A stretch of DNA of 32,000 nucleotides from an archaeon. GTDB taxonomy: Archaea > Iainarchaeota > Iainarchaeia > Iainarchaeales > 1-14-0-10-31-34. The notes beneath the pieces were generated by a model. It saw only the letters and a list, made by a program, of their open reading frames with translations. It searched no databases and was not told where the DNA came from. Shown here piece after piece: positions 9,367-17,055 of the stretch. Both the position numbers and the translations under genes were made by a program. Numbering within the stretch: position 1 is the stretch's first letter; each line of letters begins with the position of its first letter. Where the stretch lies: positions 1 through 32,000 of the forward strand of contig JAJRVL010000011.1 in the NCBI GenBank assembly GCA_024277355.1, read 5' to 3'.

Positions 9367-10845
9367 TTATTCACCGCATACCCCAATAGTATAATCAGTT
9401 AAAATAAAATTTCCTTTAGAAGAATCAGAAAAAACAGGAATTAAAGTGTTAATTGTAAAAGATAAAAGATAAGTAAAAGGACCAAAATTTAATTTTTGGT
9501 TTGAAAAAATTAATTGGTTTTTGCCGAAAGAAAAATTAAAAAAACCATTATAAAAAGAATAAGAACCTGAATCAGAGTTAATTGTTTCAGTTGAAGTAAT
9601 TAAATCTTTTTCTAAAATAAAATTATTAAAATTTCCTGCAAGAAGATTTCCTGTAAAAGTTTCTGCTGTCCCAGTTAAAGAAAAAAGTATGTCTGTTTCA
9701 GTTGAACCTGACTCAGAATAACAGTCACAATTTAATTTTGGCTGAATCTGAGTTCTTGGTCTTTCACAAACAGCAGGTTCTCCATTAGAAAGTGAATTCA
9801 TTAATTCAATTGAATCATTAGAATAAATTCTTACTCTTTCTGCTTTACATATCTGGAAAGTTAAATTCTTTAAATCACATCCTTTAAATGAAACAATCCC
9901 GTCATTTAATTCACTTGAATCAGAATTAATTCCAGTTCCCTTAAAAGCAGTAAAACCCAGAGAAGGATTTCCTGTAATTATCATTTCTTTTAAAATGATT
10001 TTTCCTGCACTTTCAGCTAAACCGTTTTTTCCATCTGCACCGTCCACAGCATAGTTAGTTCCACTGTCTTCATCATAAACTTGTCCGCTTGCGCCTGTTC
10101 CTCCAATTCCACCGTTTCCGCCATTAACATTAAAGAAAATTCTTGAAGTTGAATCAGCAAAAACTAATTTTTCAATTAAAATTTCTCCTCCAGCTGAACC
10201 ATTTCCTCCATTAGTTGCATCTAAATGCTGACAACTGCTGTTGCTGTCAAAACCATTTCCTCCAGTTCCTCCGCTTCCACCGGAAGAATCAATAGTTAAA
10301 CTTGAATTGCCCAAAACAAAAACTTCTTCTTGAATTTCAATATTTCCTGTTTTTCCTGCATTACTTCCTGCAGTTAAAGAACAGGCAACTTTTTTTCCAT
10401 TTAACCCGTTTGCTCCAACAGAATTAATTTCAGCTGAATTTTTTGCAGTTAAATTTCCTTCAATAATTAAATTAAGTGAATCTTTTAATGAAGAATTATT
10501 AAGATTTAATTTTCCTCCATCAATAATTATTCCATTAATACTTGAATCAAAAATCACATAATTTGAAGGATTAGCAGAAGAAAAAGTACAGTCTGCTTCT
10601 GCTCCACAAGGAAGCAAAGTTGTTCCTGAAGGAATTACAATTGAATAAATGTTTTCAGGAGTTGAATCAATAACAGAAATTGACTCAGAAAAAAAAGGAA
10701 TTAAACCTGAATTTAAAGTAAAAGTTACATTATTTCCTGAAACTGTTTTAGTGTAAGCAGAATTAACTCCTAATAAAATTGAATCATCAGAATAAGCAAA
10801 AGAACCCAAAAATAAAAATAAAAATAAAAATAATTTTTTCTGCAT
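9367..10845 (-). CDS. Secreted glycine-rich (GGxGG) repeat protein, paralog B
   Basis: The signal peptide is MQKKLFLFLFLFLGSFAYS. Gly tracts include SSGGSGGTGGNG, NGGNGSAGGE and NGGNGGIGGTGASG. The architecture is the same as the downstream paralog, and its 3' end carries the SD of the next gene. Confidence 0.8.
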   Translation of the reverse strand: MQKKLFLFLFLFLGSFAYSDDSILLGVNSAYTKTVSGNNVTFTLNSGLIPFFSESISVIDSTPENIYSIVIPSGTTLLPCGAEADCTFSSANPSNYVIFDSSINGIIIDGGKLNLNNSSLKDSLNLIIEGNLTAKNSAEINSVGANGLNGKKVACSLTAGSNAGKTGNIEIQEEVFVLGNSSLTIDSSGGSGGTGGNGFDSNSSCQHLDATNGGNGSAGGEILIEKLVFADSTSRIFFNVNGGNGGIGGTGASGQVYDEDSGTNYAVDGADGKNGLAESAGKIILKEMIITGNPSLGFTAFKGTGINSDSSELNDGIVSFKGCDLKNLTFQICKAERVRIYSNDSIELMNSLSNGEPAVCERPRTQIQPKLNCDCYSESGSTETDILFSLTGTAETFTGNLLAGNFNNFILEKDLITSTETINSDSGSYSFYNGFFNFSFGKNQLIFSNQKLNFGPFTYLLSFTINTLIPVFSDSSKGNFILTDYTIGVCGE

Positions 10846-10911
10846 AAACTTCCCTTAACTAAATAATTTATTTATAAAAATAGGGTATTTAGATATAAAA
10901 AAGTAATGCAA

Positions 10912-12786
10912 TTAGTAATTTCCTAAATTAGTCTGCACAGGAGTAAAATGCTTAAAAGACTTTAATTCTTTTTCACTTAAGCCTAATTGTTTTTTTATTT
11001 TAAATGCGGTTTCATTTCCTATAATTCCGGCTAAATCATTTAATTCAGTTTTTTTTAGCAAAGCAATTGAATTAATATTTGAATTAAATAATTTTCTTGC
11101 TCTAACCCTTCCAATTCCTTTTAATTCAGTTAAAACTAATAATTCTTCTTTTATGCCGTATTTTATTCTTTTTCTTAATTTTGAAATCAAAGAAATAACA
11201 GATTTTTTTCCTGAAATTAAAGCTAATTCAGAAAAGCAATATAATAACCAGTCAGCAATCATTAATTTTGAACGAAGTATTCCGGGCTGAACATTAAATT
11301 CTTTCCTTAAAGTTTCTTCAGGAACTTCACTAATCCATTTGTTTAGCAATAAAGCAGAATTATATTTTTTTAATAAAGAAATATCAGAATAAAAGTCATC
11401 TGAATCAATTGGAAGAGAATCTGCTTCAACATTCATCTGTTCCCATAATTCTGTTTCTTTTGCTCTTGGAACAGAAAATAAAGGAAAAAATTCAAAAGCT
11501 GAAGTCAGCAAAAATAAAAAAGAAAAATTATTTAAATCTTTTTTAAATGAATCTAAAATCATTTTTGCAGTTAAAGGATCCAAAAAAAGTTCTGCAATTC
11601 TTTTGCCGATTAAAGTTGCCTTAAAAGATTTTTCATTTCCTTCAATAAACTTTAATTCCTTTAATTCAATTAAAACAGAATTAACTTTCAAAAATAATTC
11701 ATCTAATCCATTAAACTGAAAAGCATAAAAAGTCTTGGAAAAAAATTTTTCTAATGACTCTAAATCAAAAGCAAAACCAGTTGCAATTGCAGCTAAAACA
11801 TGGGTTCTTAAAACAGGTTCAATTCCTAATTTAGATGAAACTTCTTCTACATCCCCTAAAATAAATTCTTCTTTTAATTCATCCATTTCAAATTCATTCC
11901 CTGCAATTAACACGCTTTCCCCAACAGAATCAAATTTAGGCCTTCCGGCTCTTCCGCTCCATTGTTTATATTCTCTTACAGGAATTTTCTGATGCCCAAA
12001 AGCAGTATAACGAAAAACAGAAGGAATAATTACACGAAACGCAGGCAAATTAACTCCTGCTGCTAAAGTAGGCGTAGCAGAAATAACTTTAATTAAATTT
12101 TTTTTAAATAATTCTTCAACAACATCTCTTTGCTTTGCAAGCATTCCTGCATTATGAAAAGCAATGCCAGACTTAACTAAATTAGATAAAATTCTGCATT
12201 GTTCTGTTGGGTTTTCTAAGGCATTAAGAATTTCAAGAGATTTCTTAGACAAAAACTCTTTTTCCTTTACTAATAATGTCTTTTCCACTGTTTTTGCTAG
12301 TTTTTTTGCCATGCCAACAGTTCTTGGACGAGTATTGCAGAAAACTAATGCCTGCTTATTTTTTTCTAACGCATCTTTAACTAAGGCTTCAACTGGATCA
12401 GATATTGGATTAATTTTTTGTTTTCCTCTTAAAAAATGAATTTGGTTTTCAAAAAAAACTCCTTCATTTAATTTTACAGGACGAAAAGAACTTTCAATTA
12501 ATTTTGCATTAAGCCATTTGCTTAATTCTTTTGAGTTAGGGATTGTTGCACTTAAGCCCAACACCTGAATTTCAGGATTTAAAATTAAAAGTTTTGTTGT
12601 CATTATTTCAATTGTCGGACCTCTATCTGAATCAATTTCATGGATTTCGTCAATTATAAGCAGACCTATTTGTTTAAGCCATTCTGATTTATGCCTTAAT
12701 AATGATTCAGTTTTTTCATAAGTAGTAAAAATAACATCATAATTATGCAGATATTTAGAAGAAGAATCAAAGTCTCCTGTTGACAT
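10912..12786 (-). CDS. hel308: Hel308/Ski2-like DNA helicase, C-terminal 624-aa fragment (frameshifted from the N-terminal fragment)
   Basis: Helicase motifs are present: DEIH (LLIIDEIHEI), SAT (LGLSATIPN), ATPTLAAGVNLPA and QWSGRAGRP, plus a C-terminal HhH-like LKGIGRVRARKL. It begins at STGDFDS, which normally follows motif Ia. Confidence 0.9.
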   Translation of the reverse strand: MSTGDFDSSSKYLHNYDVIFTTYEKTESLLRHKSEWLKQIGLLIIDEIHEIDSDRGPTIEIMTTKLLILNPEIQVLGLSATIPNSKELSKWLNAKLIESSFRPVKLNEGVFFENQIHFLRGKQKINPISDPVEALVKDALEKNKQALVFCNTRPRTVGMAKKLAKTVEKTLLVKEKEFLSKKSLEILNALENPTEQCRILSNLVKSGIAFHNAGMLAKQRDVVEELFKKNLIKVISATPTLAAGVNLPAFRVIIPSVFRYTAFGHQKIPVREYKQWSGRAGRPKFDSVGESVLIAGNEFEMDELKEEFILGDVEEVSSKLGIEPVLRTHVLAAIATGFAFDLESLEKFFSKTFYAFQFNGLDELFLKVNSVLIELKELKFIEGNEKSFKATLIGKRIAELFLDPLTAKMILDSFKKDLNNFSFLFLLTSAFEFFPLFSVPRAKETELWEQMNVEADSLPIDSDDFYSDISLLKKYNSALLLNKWISEVPEETLRKEFNVQPGILRSKLMIADWLLYCFSELALISGKKSVISLISKLRKRIKYGIKEELLVLTELKGIGRVRARKLFNSNINSIALLKKTELNDLAGIIGNETAFKIKKQLGLSEKELKSFKHFTPVQTNLGNY

Positions 12787-12800
12787 AGTTGATTTAATGT

Positions 12801-13055
12801 TTAATTCAGAATACTTTTTTTGAATTCACGGAAATGCTCTGACGCCAAAGCCTTTAACGGACAGGCATAAATAACTTTTTTTTTCTTATTTATGACTGAA
12901 TTTAATGCAGTTAATTCTCCAATTAAAGTTTTTCCTGAAGCAGTAGGAGAAGAAACAATAACATTTGAATCAAATAAACCAGCTTTAATTGCTTTTTCCT
13001 GCATTGGATTAAATTCAATTGAATTGATTTCTTTTACTTTTTGAATTACATCCAT
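12801..13055 (-). CDS. hel308: Hel308/Ski2-like DNA helicase, N-terminal 84-aa fragment (Q motif and Walker A)
   Basis: From ATG 13055 the sequence is MDVIQKVKEINSIEFNPMQEKAIKAGL...SSPTASGKT...ACPLKALASEHFREFKK. The 5' part of the ORF-track call (13056..13184) looks like spurious extension. The fragment ends 14 nt before the C-terminal fragment, in a different frame. Confidence 0.85.
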   Translation of the reverse strand: MDVIQKVKEINSIEFNPMQEKAIKAGLFDSNVIVSSPTASGKTLIGELTALNSVINKKKKVIYACPLKALASEHFREFKKSILN

Positions 13056-13158
13056 TAAAGAAAGAATAAGAAAAGAAAATAAAAAGGATTTGACAGTTAA
13101 CTGCAGGTGAAAAACATAATAATTAACTTTAAAACTGTTTCTACATAATAGTTTTTTT

Positions 13159-13284
13159 ATGGTTTCAGAAAAACAAAAAAACACATTTCTAGTTTTAGTT
13201 ATCCTGCTTGTAATATTTATTTCATTGTTTTTTGCTTACCAAAACGGAGTAATAGGAAAAGCAATAATTTCAGGTTTTAGTTAA
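13159..13284 (+). CDS. Possible 41-aa single-TM micropeptide (speculative)
   Basis: ATG 13159 to TAA 13282-13284 encodes MVSEKQKNTFLVLVILLVIFISLFFAYQNGVIGKAIISGFS, a charged N-terminus followed by a 20-aa hydrophobic helix. No nearby SD is present. It lies in the 225-bp gap upstream of hel308. Confidence 0.2.
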   Translation: MVSEKQKNTFLVLVILLVIFISLFFAYQNGVIGKAIISGFS

Positions 13285-13949
13285 CTTTCAGCCCATTTCA
13301 TTATTTCTTTTAAGCAGTTAATGTTTTTGTTTATTGATTCAAGTTTTGCTGTTAATTCTTTTATTTTTGTTTCAGATATTTCTTTTCTTAATTCCTGTAA
13401 ATGAGACGCATGTTTTGCAAGTTTTTTGTCTTTTTTGTATACAACTGAATTTTCAAATGCTTCAATTAACTGCCTTCTGTATTCAGTGTCATTAAGAAAA
13501 GTTTCAATCATTGCCTTGTATTTTTTATCTGCAACTAAATCAACAGGCAATTTAACTCTTTCAGTTGAATGCTTGTATTCTTTGTCTGTCATTGTTTTCA
13601 TTAAATGCTTCCAGTAAACTGGTTCAGCAAATTTTTTGAAAAAAATTGTTTTCTTGTAATTTTTTGCTTCAGAATTCTTTTTTTTCCAGTCATTTAATTT
13701 TGATTCAAATAATTTCCTGCTTAAATCCAGTTCATTTAACTGAAAAATAATTCTTTGTTTTGACGGATAAATTAATTTAGGCCACCCATTTCCTGAAGGA
13801 AGCATTGAAAGAAAGCCTCCAAAAGCAAAATAATCTTTTAATGCATTAGCTCTTTCAGAATTTGATTCAGTGTTTAAATCAGGATTTGCATTAACAAAAT
13901 TTTCAAAAGAAGAAATAATCCCTCTTTGAACAGCACTTTCTTTTGTCAT
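13281..13949 (-). CDS. Hypothetical protein (222 aa, Lys-rich, C-terminal coiled-coil-like)
   Basis: This is a long ORF with the codon bias of its neighbours. I recognise no motif. Confidence 0.6.
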   Translation of the reverse strand: MTKESAVQRGIISSFENFVNANPDLNTESNSERANALKDYFAFGGFLSMLPSGNGWPKLIYPSKQRIIFQLNELDLSRKLFESKLNDWKKKNSEAKNYKKTIFFKKFAEPVYWKHLMKTMTDKEYKHSTERVKLPVDLVADKKYKAMIETFLNDTEYRRQLIEAFENSVVYKKDKKLAKHASHLQELRKEISETKIKELTAKLESINKNINCLKEIMKWAES

Positions 13950-14043
13950 AAAAAAAGTAATTCAATCAAGGTTAATAAATTTATTGGAACAACAAAAAAA
14001 GAATTAAAAGGGTTTACCCTTAAAAATTGTTTTAGGTGATTAA

Positions 14044-14382
14044 ATGATTCCAGGATTAGGAAAAATGAATCCAAAACAAATGCAGGGCATGATGAAGCAA
14101 TTCGGCATAAAAACTGAAGAAATTAATGCAAAAAAAGTAATATTTGAATTAGAAAACGGAAACAAATTAGTAATAGATAATCCTAATGTTTCTGCTATGA
14201 ACGCACAAGGACAGAAAATTTATTCTGTCGTAGGAGAAGCAAAAGAAGAAAAAGGATTAAACGAAGACGACTTAAAAATGGTAATAGAACAAACTAACAC
14301 AACAAAAGAAGAAGCAGTAAAAGCATTAGAAGAAAGCAACGGCGATTTAGCTGAAGCCATAATGAAATTAAAGAAAGAATAA
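14044..14382 (+). CDS. nac: Nascent polypeptide-associated complex protein (NAC domain plus UBA)
   Basis: The sequence MIPGLGKMNPKQMQGMMKQFGIK...VIFEL...KLVIDNPNVSAMNAQGQKIYSVVGE is followed by the UBA-like tail VIEQTNTTKEEAVKALEESNGDLAEAIMKL. GGTGAT lies at 14034-14039 upstream of the ATG. Confidence 0.93.
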   Translation: MIPGLGKMNPKQMQGMMKQFGIKTEEINAKKVIFELENGNKLVIDNPNVSAMNAQGQKIYSVVGEAKEEKGLNEDDLKMVIEQTNTTKEEAVKALEESNGDLAEAIMKLKKE

Positions 14383-14388
14383 AATAAA

Positions 14389-14505
14389 CTTTTTAGAAAA
14401 AAGCTTTACCAAAAAAACAAGTTATTCTTCTGAAGCAGTTATTAAACCTTTTTTAGAAAAAAAGCTTTACCAAAAAATAAAAGCTATTCTTCTGAAGCAG
14501 TAATT
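14389..14505. repeat. Imperfect tandem duplication (2 copies, period about 59 bp) that includes the last 22 nt of the 14484..15824 gene
   Basis: Copy 1 (14389-14443) is ctttttagaaaaaagctttaccaaaaaaacaagttattcttctgaagcagttatt. Copy 2 (14448-14505) is cttttttagaaaaaaagctttaccaaaaaataaaagctattcttctgaagcagtaatt. Identity is about 90% with small indels. Confidence 0.8.
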
Positions 14506-15824
14506 GAAGTAATTTTTTTTCTATGATAAATGCTTGATTCAATCTGAATCTTTAATTCAACTTCTTCGCCTTCTTTTCTTTCAGGTTTAACAAAAACTTG
14601 TGTTGAAGTTAAATCATCTGCAATAAATTCTGCTCCATTTTCAGCTGTAAAAACATCAAATAAAACAACTGCTTCCTGCTGGAATTCCATGTTAATAAAA
14701 TTTAATTCATCAAACAAAGCAGTTAACTTCAAAATAATTTCAGATGAATCAGATGAAATTAATTCAACTGAACCAAACAATTGCCCTCTTGCTTCAGAAA
14801 CAGAAATATTTGAAACATTATTGTCTTTTAAAAAATCAAGTGTATTTTGTTCTAATTCTTTTATATTTAATCCTTCAGCAAAATTTAATTGAGCAGAAAA
14901 ACCATTTCCTACTTTAGAAACATCAATTGAACTAAAAACAGGGTGCTTTTCAAGGAAAACATTAAATTCTTCTTTTAAATCTGAATCAGCATCAAAGAAA
15001 ACCACAAAATAATTTTCAGGAGCAAACCCATTAATATTTACATCAATTATTCCATCAAACTCAAGGATTTTTTCTTTTAACTCCTGTTCTTTTGGAAAAT
15101 CAGAATAATCAGCAAACAATCCAAAAATTATTCTTGGAAGTTTTGATTCAATTGATTTATTTAAATCAAAAGAAAAAAACCCAGGTCTTGTTTCAGAAGC
15201 AATTGAATTAACTAAAGTTTTTCCAGTAAAATAACCGTCAATTCTTATAGTTAAAAAATCTTCTTTTTGTGTTCCAGGAATAACATAAGCTAAATTTAAT
15301 GGATCAGTAAATTCATAATTCACATCAAAGCCTTGTTCATTAGAAAAATAAACATTTTTTGGCACAGAAACCAAAACCATTTCATTTGCAACAGAATCAA
15401 ACAAAAAATCTTTTGTTGCTTCATTTATTTCTGAAATTACTTCAACTGAATCTCTTTTTTTATCAAAAGAAACTTCAGCTGCATAAATCAAAGAAGTTCC
15501 AAAAGAAGAATTATTTAACTGCTTGTATCTTGAATCAATTTTATAAACTCCTTCGACTAAAGCAATTTTTTTGTCTATTACAGTAATGTCTGCTTCATTA
15601 GTAAAAGCAGTGAAAAAGATTTTTGGAAGTTTATCAACAACTTTTGCTTTAACTTCAGTTGCAGTCATTTGAATTGTAGTTGAATCAGGAAGATTACTGT
15701 CATCATAAACAAAATCAGAATCATCTGTGTTTTCACTGCCGTCAGTAAAATAAGTAGTAAAACCAACAATTGAACCAATCATTAAAATTATAATAAATAT
15801 TCCCATTAATTGTCCTGAATTCAT
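14484..15824 (-). CDS. Hypothetical membrane-anchored acidic protein (446 aa)
   Basis: It has an N-terminal TM (LMGIFIIILMIGSIVGFTTYF) followed by an acidic Asp/Glu/Phe-rich ectodomain. Stop is TAG. I recognise no motif. Confidence 0.7.
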   Translation of the reverse strand: MNSGQLMGIFIIILMIGSIVGFTTYFTDGSENTDDSDFVYDDSNLPDSTTIQMTATEVKAKVVDKLPKIFFTAFTNEADITVIDKKIALVEGVYKIDSRYKQLNNSSFGTSLIYAAEVSFDKKRDSVEVISEINEATKDFLFDSVANEMVLVSVPKNVYFSNEQGFDVNYEFTDPLNLAYVIPGTQKEDFLTIRIDGYFTGKTLVNSIASETRPGFFSFDLNKSIESKLPRIIFGLFADYSDFPKEQELKEKILEFDGIIDVNINGFAPENYFVVFFDADSDLKEEFNVFLEKHPVFSSIDVSKVGNGFSAQLNFAEGLNIKELEQNTLDFLKDNNVSNISVSEARGQLFGSVELISSDSSEIILKLTALFDELNFINMEFQQEAVVLFDVFTAENGAEFIADDLTSTQVFVKPERKEGEEVELKIQIESSIYHRKKITSITASEE

Positions 15825-15960
15825 AAAAAAACCTCAAAAAAAGCAATAAATGCAATAAAAAGCTTTAGCATAAAAGGTATTAAAAGAATTGAGTTTTAGT
15901 AAATATTATTACTAAAATCAAATTTAACTGATTTTTATTTTTTAATTTAAAGGTGAGATA

Positions 15961-16704
15961 ATGCAGAAAGGAGATATAGCAGTAATTAATTACACTGCAA
16001 CAGATAAAACAAACAACAAAATATTTGATTCAACTGAAGAAAAAAAAGCAAAAGAAGCAGGAATATTTAATGAAAGAATAGCTTATCAGGCATTAAATGT
16101 AATAATTGGAAACAATGAATTAATGAAAGCATTAGAAGATGAAATAATAAAAATGAAAGCAGGAGAAGAAAAAAAAGTTGCATTAACTCCTGAAAAAGCT
16201 TTTGGAGAAAGAAAAAGCGAATTAATTAAAGTAATGCCAATGAAAGAATTTATTTCAAGAGATATCAGACCTGTTCCTGGATTAACAGTTGAATTAAACG
16301 AAATGAGAGGAAAAATTCAAAGTGTTTCAGGCGGAAGAGTAAGAGTAGATTTTAATCATGAATTAGCAGGAAAAGAAGTAGAATATGACGTTAAATTAGA
16401 AAAAGTTTTAACAGGAAAAAAAGATAAATTAAATGCATTAACAGAAAAATTCTTTTTAGGAACAAACGCTAAATTAAAAGAAGACAAAGATAAAATTGAA
16501 GTAGAATTTAATTTAATTCTGCCTGAACCAAGACTAAAAGGAAATTTTGTTCAAACAGTTTTTTCTAACTTTGATGACATAAAAAAAGTGAATTTTATTG
16601 AATCAATAGAAAAAATTGAAGAAAAGCCAGCAGAAAAAAAGGTTAAAGAAAAAACAAAAATTGAAGAAAAAGAAGCAGTAAAAGAAGAGAAAAAAACGGG
16701 ATAA
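15961..16704 (+). CDS. FKBP-type peptidyl-prolyl cis-trans isomerase (archaeal long form with insert-in-flap and C-terminal domain)
   Basis: The sequence MQKGDIAVINYTATDKTNNKIFDST...GNNELMKALEDEIIKMKAGEEKKVALTPEKAFGERKSELI...VDFNHELAGKEVEYDVKL matches the SlyD/FKBP pattern. GGTGA at 15952-15956 precedes the ATG. Confidence 0.88.
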   Translation: MQKGDIAVINYTATDKTNNKIFDSTEEKKAKEAGIFNERIAYQALNVIIGNNELMKALEDEIIKMKAGEEKKVALTPEKAFGERKSELIKVMPMKEFISRDIRPVPGLTVELNEMRGKIQSVSGGRVRVDFNHELAGKEVEYDVKLEKVLTGKKDKLNALTEKFFLGTNAKLKEDKDKIEVEFNLILPEPRLKGNFVQTVFSNFDDIKKVNFIESIEKIEEKPAEKKVKEKTKIEEKEAVKEEKKTG

Positions 16705-16757
16705 CGACAACAAAAAACATAAATATCTTAAGAATATAATTTTATGGGAAGGAAAAC

Positions 16758-17015
16758 ATGGAATTTGAAGAAATCCATAATGTTGTTGCAGGCCAGAGGT
16801 TTGGAGCAATTTTAATCGGAATAGGAGTAGGATTAATTTTTGCAGATTTATTAGGAGATGCTGCTAAAGTAATAGGACTTTTTATTCTGGCACCTATTGG
16901 AGGAATAATAACTGTTTATTATTACAATAAACACTTAAAACTCTTCAAAAGAAAAATGCCAAATTTACCGGGACAAATTCCTCCTAAAGAAGAAAAAAAA
17001 GGAATAAAATCTTAA
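16758..17015 (+). CDS. Small membrane protein (85 aa, 2 predicted TM)
   Basis: Two hydrophobic helices (FGAILIGIGVGLIFADLL and VIGLFILAPIGGIITVYYY) are followed by a basic tail. GGAAGG lies upstream of the ATG. Confidence 0.55.
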   Translation: MEFEEIHNVVAGQRFGAILIGIGVGLIFADLLGDAAKVIGLFILAPIGGIITVYYYNKHLKLFKRKMPNLPGQIPPKEEKKGIKS

Positions 17016-17055
17016 ACACCAAAGATTTTTAATTCCTTAAACCTATTTTTATTGG

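Noticed and set aside
7770-10845. RTX-type calcium-binding (GGxGxDxUx) annotation for the Gly-rich proteins
   Set aside because: The Gly tracts lack the regular nonapeptide periodicity and the conserved Asp at position 6. Only isolated GGxGxD-like strings occur (for example GGAHDGGDAGNGG).
13056-13184. 5' extensions of ORF-track calls (13056..13184 of hel308-N, 359..430 of sepF, 9366..9386 of Gly-rich paralog A, 28378..28383 of the lipoprotein, 25826..25852 of the kinase)
   Set aside because: The extensions encode implausible hydrophobic or low-complexity leaders. The internal ATGs coincide with the conserved N-termini, signal peptides and, for some (sepF, Gly-rich paralog A), SD boxes.
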